A stretch of 64,000 bases of DNA from IMG/VR virus record IMGVR_UViG_3300016476_000987; one strand, given 5' to 3'. Source of the stretch: a virus (lineage: Duplodnaviria; Heunggongvirae; Uroviricota; Caudoviricetes). Position 1 is the first letter of the stretch. Each line of letters starts with the position of its first letter. Positions 45,228 to 54,116 of the stretch are shown piece after piece. The translations under genes were made by a program, and so were the position numbers. The notes below the pieces were generated by a model. That model was not told where the DNA came from and searched no databases. It worked only from the letters and a program-made list of their open reading frames with translations.

Positions 45228-45710
45228 ATGAAAAAAATATTGATCAGCATAGTACTCATGCTGACCTCCCTATTTTCTATTAGCCAGGATTTTATAAAGG
45301 ATAGAAAGTACGCTGGAGACCCTCTATTTGACTTTGTATATGAATGGTGGAGGACTCCCTACAGGTATGGAGGCCAAAGCAAGAAAGGAATAGACTGTAG
45401 CGCTTTTACTCAGAGATTAGCTAAAGAAGTGTATGGAAAGTCCTTGCTAAGGACTGCTAGTCAGCAATATAGATCTTCAAGAAGAATCCCAAAAGACTCC
45501 TTAACAGATGGAGATCTAGTATTTTTTAAGATAAAGTCAAGGAGATATACTAGAAAAGGAAAGACTTACTATACATCCGGATGGCATGTGGGAGTTTATC
45601 TTACAAAAGGGTGGTTTATACATTCTAGTTCTAATGGAGGAGTAAAGCTTAGTAATTTAGAAGATCCTTTTTATAAACGGATCTATTATTCTTCTGGTAG
45701 GTTTTTATAA
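45228..45710 (+). CDS. NlpC/P60 cell-wall peptidase (candidate endolysin) with signal peptide
   Basis: Catalytic GIDCSAFTQ, GDLVFF, and His in WHVGVYL. N-terminal MKKILISIVLMLTSLFS. Confidence 0.8.
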   Translation: MKKILISIVLMLTSLFSISQDFIKDRKYAGDPLFDFVYEWWRTPYRYGGQSKKGIDCSAFTQRLAKEVYGKSLLRTASQQYRSSRRIPKDSLTDGDLVFFKIKSRRYTRKGKTYYTSGWHVGVYLTKGWFIHSSSNGGVKLSNLEDPFYKRIYYSSGRFL

Positions 45711-45765
45711 ATAATTTTTGGTGAGTTGCCCGTAATTACTTATTTTTGAAACAAATAAACAGTTT

Positions 45766-46911
45766 ATGAAATTGACTCTTGATGCTAGTAGAGAGAAGCT
45801 GTATTATGATAGAAGCTATGAAAGCTCTTTTCCAATAGCCAATTACTATGTTCAAAAGTTTGGGAGGTTTCCTTTAGTATATACTTTCGGGGTATATTAT
45901 GAGGAAACTCTTGTTGAATATCTTGTTTCTTCTGGGTATGAAAAGTTATGGTCTTCAGAGAAGGAAACCAAAAAGGGCCAGAAAGAAGACGTATCTGTGT
46001 ATTATAAATCTGATACACTAGTACAAGTAGAGTACCACACAAACAATGAGAATTACGAACGTAGTTATGATTTTGGAGATAGTTCTCTACTAAAAGAAGT
46101 CGATTCTAAACAACCTGGAGATATTGTACTAAAAATGGTAGTATACTATTCTAGCAGAGAAATGTTTGAGATATTAAGGGAGAATATCAATAAGTACAAA
46201 ATAGACGATTCTGATAAGCCTAAGATCCTCCTGGTTACTTCTAACAGTAGGGGATTGACGACTATTCCTCAATACATTAATAATATGGAGGGGCTTGACA
46301 TCGGACTTAATTATGGAGAAGCGTTTGAAAAGACTCACAACAAAATTGTAGAAAGACTAAGCCAAGATAAAGGAAAGGGGCTTGTACTTCTTCATGGAAA
46401 GCCTGGGACCGGTAAGACTAGCTATATCCGGTACTTGTGCTCTGTAGTAGATAAAAGAGTGATCTTTATCCCCCCTTACCTTACCGAGAATATCTCCAGC
46501 CCTCAGTTTGTTCCCTTCCTTATAGAGCACTCTAATTCTATTCTAGTGATAGAAGATGCTGAAAAGATCATTATAGATAGAGATTCAGCTGAGAGCAGCC
46601 GACAAGGAGTAGCAAACATTCTTAATCTTACAGACGGTATATTGAGCGATTGCTTATCTATTCAGATAATAGCAACCTTTAATACTACTAGAGAAAAAAT
46701 AGACAAAGCTTTGTTGAGGAAGGGGAGACTTATCGCAGAACATAAGTTTGATGAACTCAGCGTAGAAAATAGCAATAAACTATTGAAGCATCTCCAAAAA
46801 GACTACACAACCAATAAACCAATGACTCTTACTGAGATATACAACTTCGGAGAAGAAGAGTATCTTGCTCAAGAAGAATCTAGGTCGATCGGATTCAACT
46901 CTCGTTATTAA
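45766..46911 (+). CDS. AAA+ ATPase with unknown N-terminal domain
   Basis: Walker A LLHGKPGTGKTSY, Walker B ILVIEDAE, TFNT...ALLRKGRL (second region of homology / Arg finger). Confidence 0.8.
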   Translation: MKLTLDASREKLYYDRSYESSFPIANYYVQKFGRFPLVYTFGVYYEETLVEYLVSSGYEKLWSSEKETKKGQKEDVSVYYKSDTLVQVEYHTNNENYERSYDFGDSSLLKEVDSKQPGDIVLKMVVYYSSREMFEILRENINKYKIDDSDKPKILLVTSNSRGLTTIPQYINNMEGLDIGLNYGEAFEKTHNKIVERLSQDKGKGLVLLHGKPGTGKTSYIRYLCSVVDKRVIFIPPYLTENISSPQFVPFLIEHSNSILVIEDAEKIIIDRDSAESSRQGVANILNLTDGILSDCLSIQIIATFNTTREKIDKALLRKGRLIAEHKFDELSVENSNKLLKHLQKDYTTNKPMTLTEIYNFGEEEYLAQEESRSIGFNSRY

Positions 46912-46930
46912 CCATTAAAACCCCATAGTT

Positions 46931-47137
46931 ATGGCAAAAACCAAGAGCCAGCAACAGAAGCTGGTAAATTACCTGATGAAGAACCGTAAGATCACAGCAA
47001 AGCAAGCTGAGGCTAAGTTTGGAACTAAGAACCTCCGGGCCAGGATTAATGATCTCCGACAGGCTGGATGGGAAATCGTTTCCGATCGAAATCCCAAAGA
47101 TCAACGAACTGTTATTTATCGGGTAGTTTCTTATTAA
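46931..47137 (+). CDS. small winged-helix / HTH protein
   Basis: ITAKQAEAKFGTKNLRARINDLRQAGWEI pattern. Confidence 0.5.
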   Translation: MAKTKSQQQKLVNYLMKNRKITAKQAEAKFGTKNLRARINDLRQAGWEIVSDRNPKDQRTVIYRVVSY

Positions 47138-47148
47138 TCTTTAACTCA

Positions 47149-47181
47149 AGTAGGAGAGAGGCTCATAGCTTTTCTCCTACT
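47149..47181 (+). terminator. stem-loop after the wHTH gene (possible terminator)
   Basis: AGTAGGAGA (47149-47157) pairs with TCTCCTACT (47173-47181), with a 15-nt loop. The downstream tract is AT-rich but not a clean U-run. Confidence 0.35.
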
Positions 47182-47195
47182 TAATTAATTATTCT

Positions 47196-48017
47196 ATGGC
47201 AATTATTGGTATATCTGGAAAAATAGGAAGTGGGAAAGATACGGTTGGTAAACTCGTACAACTTCTTATCTGTAAAAGTAAAGGAACAAAAGCAGACCTT
47301 ACTGATGTAACAGACCATACTGGTACACATGACTGGTGGTTAGAAGACAACTCAGGCTGGGAAATAAAAAAGTTTGCCGGTAAACTCAAACAGGTAGCCT
47401 CTATTCTTACAGGTATTCCTATAGAAAAGTTTGAAGACCAGGAATTCAAAAAGACATTTCTTCCAGAAGTCTGGAATAATTCTGATATGGAACCGGAAGA
47501 TTGGTGTGTTGAAAATCACTGGGAGAAGTGGAAAGTCTTTATTTTAGAAAACAAAAATGCAACTTTAAAACTAAAAGATATAATAGAGTTTGCTCGGACA
47601 TGTGGATGGGAAGACCGCATGACAGTAAGAGACTTCTTACAACGTCTTGGTACAGAGGGTTTGAGAGACGGTCTTCATCCCAACACTTGGGTAAATGCTC
47701 TTATGGCTGACTATAAGCCAGGTCCTTTTTTTCCTGAAGTACCTGCTGAAGACCACGCTAAGTTACCCAACTGGATCATTACAGATACTAGGTTTGAAAA
47801 CGAAGCTCAAGCTATTAAAGATAGATGGGGTATTCTTATTAGAGTTGAGAACAAAAACATTACTAGTACACAATCTCACCCCTCTGAAACTGCATTAGAC
47901 GATTGGGAATTTGATTATGTAATAGATAATAGTGGAAGTATCGAAGAACTTTCAGATAAGGTGTATGAGATGTTAAGGCACTTTGATATTATTCCTGCGC
48001 CAGCGGCCAACGACTAA
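47196..48017 (+). CDS. deoxynucleoside-monophosphate kinase-like P-loop protein
   Basis: IGISGKIGSGKDT and ITDTRFENEAQAIK, resembling T5-type dNMP kinase (SGKDT ... D-x-RF-x-NE). Contains a long internal insertion. Confidence 0.55.
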   Translation: MAIIGISGKIGSGKDTVGKLVQLLICKSKGTKADLTDVTDHTGTHDWWLEDNSGWEIKKFAGKLKQVASILTGIPIEKFEDQEFKKTFLPEVWNNSDMEPEDWCVENHWEKWKVFILENKNATLKLKDIIEFARTCGWEDRMTVRDFLQRLGTEGLRDGLHPNTWVNALMADYKPGPFFPEVPAEDHAKLPNWIITDTRFENEAQAIKDRWGILIRVENKNITSTQSHPSETALDDWEFDYVIDNSGSIEELSDKVYEMLRHFDIIPAPAAND

Positions 48018-48062
48018 TTTTATCTGATAACGATATATTTATAAAAAACCCTCGCCGGTCCT

Positions 48063-48248
48063 ATGCCAGTAATAAATCCTGAGACTATCTTTTCGGAGAT
48101 AATAGCTGAACTAGAAGCAATAAAGGATATTTATTCCTATTCTAACAACAATCAATTGTATAATTCCTTTGTAGATCTTTGCATAGAAAAAGTTTTGGAG
48201 ATCAAAGAAAAGCACGATTCAGAAAATCAAAATAACACAAATGAGTAA
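48063..48248 (+). CDS. hypothetical protein
   Basis: 61-aa ORF. Confidence 0.45.
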   Translation: MPVINPETIFSEIIAELEAIKDIYSYSNNNQLYNSFVDLCIEKVLEIKEKHDSENQNNTNE

Positions 48249-49434
48249 AAAAGAAGAGATCCAAACAAGAAATGATAGAATCCAGAAATATCTTATAGAA
48301 AATCCTGAAAAACTATCCGCAGATTACGAAGACACTGCTAAACTATTTAATGTTACTTCTGAGACTATTAGGCACATTTGTAGAAAACTTAGAGCAAAGA
48401 TATCGATTAACGAAAAAGAAGAAAGGTTTGTAATCACCGAGCAGGTATTACTTAGAAAGGAAAATGCAGAGATCAAGTCTTTAAAAAGACAACTAGAACA
48501 AGCGGTAAAAGACTACCAGGAATTATCAGATGCTTATGATATTGCTCTAAATCTAAAGAGCTCTCCGGTAATAGATAATGTTCCCTCTATAGATTTTAAT
48601 CAAAAAGAAACACAGGAAGCCACAGTAATTGTACAAATAAGCGATGGTCACTTTGGAAAAGTGATTACACCTTCTACAGTAAATGGATTGAACAAATACA
48701 ATCCGGACATCGCTAAGAAAAGGATGGAGACCTGCGCAGAGAATACGATCAGACTAGTAAAAAAAGAAAGGGAAGATATTAAGATCACCAATATGGTATT
48801 GATCTTGGGAGGAGACTTCCTGGAGAATAGCCAGCTTCATCATCACAGTGAAATGACAACGGCCCTCTCTCCTATGGAAGAAACTTTATTTTCCAGGGAA
48901 GTATTAAAAAAGTATATAAAGACTGTAGGAGAGTATTGCAATTTCAATAAGATGATCGTAGCCTGTACGAGAGGAAACCATGCGAGGATTACCCACAAGA
49001 TGATCTCTTCTGTAGACTACAGAATGAACTATGAGACTATACTCTACAACATCCTTCGTAGTGATTTTGAAGGAGAGAATATAGACTGGACAATTCCGGA
49101 TTCAGAAGTAGCTGAAGTAGAAGTATATGGTAATAGCCTTAGAATTATTCACGGACACCAAGTTAAGTACCAGGGTGGAGTTGGAGGATTGACTATCCCT
49201 CTTAATAAGTATGTTATGAGGATGGACCAAATAAATAAGGCTTATTATAATTTTGTGCATCACTATCATAACCTCAGCTACCCTACTGTAAACACTACTG
49301 TAAATGGAAGCATTGTAGGATATGATCCATATGCTATGAGTATAGGATGTTCTTATCAACCTCCTATGCAAGCATTTCAACTATTAGATTCTAGAAGAGG
49401 CATGACAATCAAGGCTCCAATATTTTGTGATTAA
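48241..49434 (+). CDS. calcineurin-like metallophosphoesterase with N-terminal HTH-like region
   Basis: VQISDGHFG, LGGDFLEN, RGNHARI, IIHGHQ. N-terminal TAKLFNVTSETIRHICRKL. Confidence 0.65.
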   Translation: MSKKEEIQTRNDRIQKYLIENPEKLSADYEDTAKLFNVTSETIRHICRKLRAKISINEKEERFVITEQVLLRKENAEIKSLKRQLEQAVKDYQELSDAYDIALNLKSSPVIDNVPSIDFNQKETQEATVIVQISDGHFGKVITPSTVNGLNKYNPDIAKKRMETCAENTIRLVKKEREDIKITNMVLILGGDFLENSQLHHHSEMTTALSPMEETLFSREVLKKYIKTVGEYCNFNKMIVACTRGNHARITHKMISSVDYRMNYETILYNILRSDFEGENIDWTIPDSEVAEVEVYGNSLRIIHGHQVKYQGGVGGLTIPLNKYVMRMDQINKAYYNFVHHYHNLSYPTVNTTVNGSIVGYDPYAMSIGCSYQPPMQAFQLLDSRRGMTIKAPIFCD

Positions 49435-49444
49435 AATATAATAT

Positions 49445-49696
49445 ATGAATAAGAGAGACATATTAATAGAAAGTACTGAAGAGAACATTCTTACTGCTGA
49501 TGGTTTTGATGAAGCTATCCTTGGGTATGAAGAGAGCTCCGGTAGAGTTATATACTCTGTATCTAAATGCATAGAGATCTTGATGGAGGATGATATGACT
49601 TACGAAGATGCTATTGAGTATTTCTATTTTAATGTATCTGGTGGTTACGTAGGTGAGCTTACTCCTATATGGTGCGATGATAGAATGTATGAATAA
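49445..49696 (+). CDS. hypothetical protein
   Basis: 83-aa ORF. Confidence 0.5.
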   Translation: MNKRDILIESTEENILTADGFDEAILGYEESSGRVIYSVSKCIEILMEDDMTYEDAIEYFYFNVSGGYVGELTPIWCDDRMYE

Positions 49697-49806
49697 ATTC
49701 CTGGGTAACTTTTTGACCTCCAAATAAAAAATGGCTTTTTATTTTTTTACTCAATTTTTATAGTTTTAAACGATTTTTTAGGATTTACCTTAACCCTCCA
49801 GAGAAT

Positions 49807-50202
49807 ATGACAGACTCGAATAAAAGATATGGTCTCGGACATATGATAGGAGTTCGAGAAGGAGATGTAGGAGAAATAGTAGGAATGACGTTGGAAACTG
49901 TAACTGTTCGATATAAAGATCAAGAAGACACAACAGTTAGTTGGAATTCAATATACCCAGTTCCGGTATCGGTAGAAATGATGCAGAAGATCGGATTCTC
50001 TATAATAAAGAAACAAGATCTTCCGCATCATACCGAATACCTAATGGATATAAAAATCAATGGCAGGTTCTACTCTTCTAAAGGGATACTATTAAAAGAC
50101 AGATCTATATGGTCCTTTAATAATGTTTCCGCTAGGTTCATACACCAGATACAATCTTTAATTTGGATAATAGAACCTAGCATATCATTTAATCTATATT
50201 GA
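49807..50202 (+). CDS. hypothetical protein (last + strand gene)
   Basis: 131-aa ORF whose 3' end overlaps the 3' end of - strand gene 50189..50722 by 14 nt. Confidence 0.5.
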   Translation: MTDSNKRYGLGHMIGVREGDVGEIVGMTLETVTVRYKDQEDTTVSWNSIYPVPVSVEMMQKIGFSIIKKQDLPHHTEYLMDIKINGRFYSSKGILLKDRSIWSFNNVSARFIHQIQSLIWIIEPSISFNLY

Positions 50203-50722
50203 AGTAGTTAGCATCAAATAGATTAGAGTATACCTCATTAAGATCTTTTATATCTTTCATTAAGAAATTACCATTGTGAAACAGACCGGCCCTAATTAAA
50301 AAGTGTATCATTTTAACGTAGTCATCTTTAGTAGCCCAACCAAAATATTTAGCAGCTGTCTCTGCTACAGCTTCTATATTATTTCCTAAAGGGATCTTAT
50401 TAAGACTGAAAAAAGTCAAACACTTTTTTAGCCTGAACTCATTAGATAACACTCTCGGCTTCTTTCTTTTTCCAAAGCTTTTAGAAGCCAGATCAAAGTG
50501 AGTAAACAAGGGCCAGGTATAAGTGAAACAACTATCCGGAAGATATACCTCAGCCTTTACAAATACTTCCTGGAAGTTCTTAGTGTGGATCCTTGATACC
50601 TCTGCTCTGCCATAATATCCGTGATCGTATAAACATTCTTGAAACTCATGGGCAGTTCTTAAATTAGAAGTAAATACTAAACTGTTAATTGATATACTGT
50701 ACTCGTCACTTCTAGAATTCAT
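50189..50722 (-). CDS. hypothetical protein
   Basis: 177-aa ORF, terminal gene of the - strand block. Confidence 0.6.
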   Translation of the reverse strand: MNSRSDEYSISINSLVFTSNLRTAHEFQECLYDHGYYGRAEVSRIHTKNFQEVFVKAEVYLPDSCFTYTWPLFTHFDLASKSFGKRKKPRVLSNEFRLKKCLTFFSLNKIPLGNNIEAVAETAAKYFGWATKDDYVKMIHFLIRAGLFHNGNFLMKDIKDLNEVYSNLFDANYFNID

Positions 50723-50727
50723 AATAA

Positions 50728-51051
50728 TTAGTTTGCACAGATTTCGATAGCTTCTATAATACTGACATCAACTATAGACTTTTTAGGATTAAAACAAAAG
50801 TCTAGCTGTCTTTTTATAGCTGATACTCTTCTGTAGTCTTCTTCTTGTAAATAATAACATAGGCACACCCTGAGCCCAAACATAGTAGCATTAAGCAGCG
50901 TATTGTTAGTAATGCTAGCATTACCTATGAACATTAGCTCTTCGTAGTAATTAGCCATGTATTCTTCTAGATTCTCTTCTGACTCCCGCATCTTCTCTAC
51001 GATCTCAGCTATTTCCTCATCAGTGTACTTTGTGAAATTTTCCATAACCAT
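50728..51051 (-). CDS. hypothetical protein
   Basis: 107-aa ORF. Confidence 0.55.
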   Translation of the reverse strand: MVMENFTKYTDEEIAEIVEKMRESEENLEEYMANYYEELMFIGNASITNNTLLNATMFGLRVCLCYYLQEEDYRRVSAIKRQLDFCFNPKKSIVDVSIIEAIEICAN

Positions 51052-51058
51052 TGATTTG

Positions 51059-51436
51059 TTAAGTGAATAGATTTTCTGGTTTACTTCCTTTACTAATTAG
51101 ATCCTCTAGATTATTTATAACTCGTACATGATGCCGGAACATATCTAACTGTTCTTGAGAGATTTTCCAATCTTGCTCAATAACTTTTCTTAGTACGTCA
51201 CAGCACCTCTTTATCATTAGAGATTGAAACTGTTCTAAGGTACGATTACCTTTCATATTATTACAAGGCCTACATGCAAAAACTTTGTTATTTATTAGAG
51301 TGTTACCTTTAGATAAAGGCTCAAAGTGATCCCTGGTAATTAGTTCATAGGGAGTATTATCTTTGCAATAGAAACACTGGCTACCTTGTAATTTGTACTG
51401 CTCTTCTAGGGTTTCATTCTTTTTTCTTTTTATCAT
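51059..51436 (-). CDS. HNH endonuclease
   Basis: CFYCKD...RDHFEPLSKGNTLINNKVFACRPCNNMKGN. Start moved to MIKRKKN, 1 nt after the upstream stop. Confidence 0.8.
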   Translation of the reverse strand: MIKRKKNETLEEQYKLQGSQCFYCKDNTPYELITRDHFEPLSKGNTLINNKVFACRPCNNMKGNRTLEQFQSLMIKRCCDVLRKVIEQDWKISQEQLDMFRHHVRVINNLEDLISKGSKPENLFT

Positions 51437-51437
51437 A

Positions 51438-51806
51438 TTACATATCTGTATAAAGTTTTCTACCATTACTCCAGATAGTATCATAATCGTGATTGTCTAC
51501 TATCTCTCCATTAATAGTCCAATTAGGAAGGATCCTCGGATTGTATTTGATCTGATGCTTGTTAGTTACATCATTTTGTAACAAAGCTATACTAACTTTA
51601 TTACAAAGGACCCAAGCACATACTACCTTTTCTCCTCCATTATAAATCTTCTCAGCTGTCTTTTTATAGTTCTTTAATGTACAGCCGGTCATTACAAGAG
51701 AGTATTCTTCCGGATCGTAGTAGGCTATTCCTTCTTTAGATTCTACTTTCCACTTCATGTAGTTTGGTCCTCTACCTAAATGAAATCTAACTTTTGTTCT
51801 GGTCAT
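51438..51806 (-). CDS. hypothetical protein
   Basis: 122-aa ORF. Confidence 0.55.
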   Translation of the reverse strand: MTRTKVRFHLGRGPNYMKWKVESKEGIAYYDPEEYSLVMTGCTLKNYKKTAEKIYNGGEKVVCAWVLCNKVSIALLQNDVTNKHQIKYNPRILPNWTINGEIVDNHDYDTIWSNGRKLYTDM

Positions 51807-51816
51807 GGTATATGTA

Positions 51817-52101
51817 TTAAATCATTATGCTAATATCTGTATCATGAGTAGAAGGGTTCTCTTTTATAAGAAGCCCTTTATAATAATAAAGATCTCCGGA
51901 TCTTTCAAAGTCTTCCGGGTACTTTTCTAACCTTGCAAACAGTAAGATCATAGCGCTGCTCACTACAAAGTACTGAGGGTTTTTTCTTCTGTAGCTTTCC
52001 AACAAACTGTTTGCTGATTTAATAAAGTACTCTATGCTAACAGACTTTACAACATGGCCTGTTTTCCAGGAGTCTAAATTATTGTCTGATGTACCGTACA
52101 T
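51817..52101 (-). CDS. hypothetical protein
   Basis: 94-aa ORF. Confidence 0.5.
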   Translation of the reverse strand: MYGTSDNNLDSWKTGHVVKSVSIEYFIKSANSLLESYRRKNPQYFVVSSAMILLFARLEKYPEDFERSGDLYYYKGLLIKENPSTHDTDISIMI

Positions 52102-52114
52102 ACTCTTTACTTGA

Positions 52115-52408
52115 TTATTTATATTTTTCTAGATATTCCCACAGACCTTTTACGTCTTGGCATATAAGGTTACCATCCGAATCATGTGCAGTTATGTCCT
52201 CTCTTTTTCCATAGTCTCTATCGTAACAATACCAATTGAACATGTCCAGACCCTCCTCTCCGTAATATTCTTCTATTAGAGTAGAAATTACAAAGCGGTA
52301 TGGGTCTATAAATTCTATCAGGTCTACACTAAGTTCGTACAGTTTAGATGCAATCTCGTCCTGTTCTTTCAAAGTATTTACAATTGATTCAAAAGTTTCA
52401 AATTTCAT
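52115..52408 (-). CDS. hypothetical protein
   Basis: 97-aa acidic ORF. Confidence 0.5.
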   Translation of the reverse strand: MKFETFESIVNTLKEQDEIASKLYELSVDLIEFIDPYRFVISTLIEEYYGEEGLDMFNWYCYDRDYGKREDITAHDSDGNLICQDVKGLWEYLEKYK

Positions 52409-52599
52409 TTCTTAAAGTTTTTATTGTAAAAATCGTTTACACCACAAATCAATGCTGTAAATCCTTGACTAAAACAAAACAAAGTAACAATATGTCCTCT
52501 ATCGATCCTAGTAGTAGGTTGTCCGTCAAAATAAACGTATTGCACCATCAAGCAAAAAATAATTGCCGATATAATATGAACAGTTAATCCCTTATTCAT
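52405..52599 (-). CDS. small membrane protein
   Basis: 64 aa with two hydrophobic segments. ATGA-type overlaps with both neighbours. Confidence 0.5.
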   Translation of the reverse strand: MNKGLTVHIISAIIFCLMVQYVYFDGQPTTRIDRGHIVTLFCFSQGFTALICGVNDFYNKNFKK

Positions 52600-52853
52600 T
52601 TCTTATAGTTTTTATTGTAATATTCTTTAGCGTTTGAGTAGTCAACCACGACCAGTCCATTTTTGCCAAGAGCGTGCCCATCTGTCCAAGCCATGCAGAT
52701 GTTCTGCTCTTCTCTTTGTTTGGCTTCGTTTTTTAATTTGTAGACCAATTCGGTTAGAGGTTTATTGTCACACAACAGTTTGTGATTTAATATATTATTG
52801 TGCGCTAACATCTCAAAGAACCATTCAACTGCGGTCATGTTATTCTTTTCCAT
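52596..52853 (-). CDS. TAVEW-family small protein, copy 1
   Basis: MEKNNMTAVEWFFEML...NEAKQREEQ...AKEYYNKNYKK. Start placed at the ATG inside TATGGAAAAGAATAA, which overlaps the upstream stop by 14 nt. Confidence 0.6.
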   Translation of the reverse strand: MEKNNMTAVEWFFEMLAHNNILNHKLLCDNKPLTELVYKLKNEAKQREEQNICMAWTDGHALGKNGLVVVDYSNAKEYYNKNYKK

Positions 52854-53136
52854 AAGTGTCGTTGTAGTATTGTTTACCACTGCCATAATTCGGCTCATAC
52901 CCATCTAATGTACCTTGTTCGTAGGCTTTTTCTATTTGTTTGTTCTCTATCTGTTTGGCTTGATTTATCAAGGCATCTAAAACTTCCCAATTTATCTCAC
53001 AAACCTGCGGGTTTCCATAATCTTCTAACTCTTTAGCTAACCATTCAACTGCTGTCATGTTAATGTTTTTTGTAATGTTTTTTAGTTCATACTCTTTCAA
53101 TAAAGCCATCATGTAATTCTCTGCTGATTGTAGCAT
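52840..53136 (-). CDS. TAVEW-family small protein, copy 2
   Basis: ..NINMTAVEWLAKELE...NQAKQIENKQIEKAY...GKQYYNDTYGKE. Confidence 0.6.
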   Translation of the reverse strand: MLQSAENYMMALLKEYELKNITKNINMTAVEWLAKELEDYGNPQVCEINWEVLDALINQAKQIENKQIEKAYEQGTLDGYEPNYGSGKQYYNDTYGKE

Positions 53137-53150
53137 GTGTATGTGTGTTG

Positions 53151-53381
53151 TTATTTATCGAATGTTTCTTTGTAGTATTGTTCCCAAGACTCCCAGACAG
53201 GGGGCATACCGTCATCGAGTGATTGTCTTGATTGTTTAAATGTTTCTTCATGTTGCTCCTTCTCCATTTGTTTTGCCTGTTCAAATTCACCCCTTACTTT
53301 CATTAAATGATGCAAATCATGTGATGTACTTTCAATCCTTTCTATTAACCATTCAACTGCTGTCATGTTATTTTGTTCCAT
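53151..53381 (-). CDS. TAVEW-family small protein, copy 3
   Basis: MEQNNMTAVEWLIERIE...EQAKQMEKEQ...WEQYYKETFDK. Start lies inside TATGGAACAAAATAA, overlapping the upstream stop by 14 nt. Confidence 0.6.
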   Translation of the reverse strand: MEQNNMTAVEWLIERIESTSHDLHHLMKVRGEFEQAKQMEKEQHEETFKQSRQSLDDGMPPVWESWEQYYKETFDK

Positions 53382-53871
53382 ATGTTTCATTATAATATTG
53401 TTCTCCGTTTAAAAAATTTCCATTATCATCTAGAAATACGTTATCATAAGCATTCAATAGTTGCTTCTTCTCCATTTGTTTTGCCTGTTCAAGTAGCTCC
53501 GAATAGTTTGTTTTTCCTTCCACTACTGTTTGATTATAGTACCAATCAACAGCACTAATTAGTTCTGTAGAAGGTTCCTCCGGTTGATCTAAGGCATTAA
53601 AGAAGATCTGAGCATCTCTTTCAGAGAAAAACTCAATGCTGTTTTTAGAACTATTTTCTACCGGATAATCTTTATTAAAATCTAAAGAAGGAATATAAGC
53701 CATACCGTGTTTAACTTCATAACGTACAAAAGGGAAGGATAGTATCCTGGCTTCTATATTATCAAACTTTTTTGATAGCTCTTCTATCTGTTTAACATTA
53801 TCATCGTGAAGAACTAGATTAGATTCTACTTCCCATTGATCAAATACTTTTTTAATTATACCGTCTATCAT
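53368..53871 (-). CDS. two-part protein whose C-terminal half is a TAVEW-family module (copy 4)
   Basis: C-terminal half LISAVDWYYNQ...EQAKQMEKKQLLNAY...GEQYYNETYGTK. Confidence 0.6.
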   Translation of the reverse strand: MIDGIIKKVFDQWEVESNLVLHDDNVKQIEELSKKFDNIEARILSFPFVRYEVKHGMAYIPSLDFNKDYPVENSSKNSIEFFSERDAQIFFNALDQPEEPSTELISAVDWYYNQTVVEGKTNYSELLEQAKQMEKKQLLNAYDNVFLDDNGNFLNGEQYYNETYGTK

Positions 53872-53882
53872 AGTAGTCTATT

Positions 53883-54116
53883 TTACATTTTTTCAATCTC
53901 TGCTTTTACTTGAGTCCAATATGTCCAACTTGTCTCATAATCAGTATTCATACTGGTAATGTTCCGAATAATTTCATTCACGGCTATCAACGCACACTTC
54001 TTTGTATACGGGTTAGTATAAACCGGTATATCATCCCCTCCGGTATAGTTTGTCAAATACGAGATAGATATGCCCATGGCATCGAACAACTCTATTGCCT
54101 TGTCTCTTGGTGTCAT
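53883..54116 (-). CDS. hypothetical protein, paralog of 59610..59837
   Basis: Shared pattern KAxELFD...ALIAVxEII...YWxQVKxEIE. Confidence 0.55.
   Translation of the reverse strand: MTPRDKAIELFDAMGISISYLTNYTGGDDIPVYTNPYTKKCALIAVNEIIRNITSMNTDYETSWTYWTQVKAEIEKM

Noticed and set aside
47528-47898. + strand ORFs 47528..47710 and 47695..47898 nested in the dNMP-kinase-like gene.
   Set aside because: They are alternative frames inside a longer motif-bearing ORF, with no independent support.
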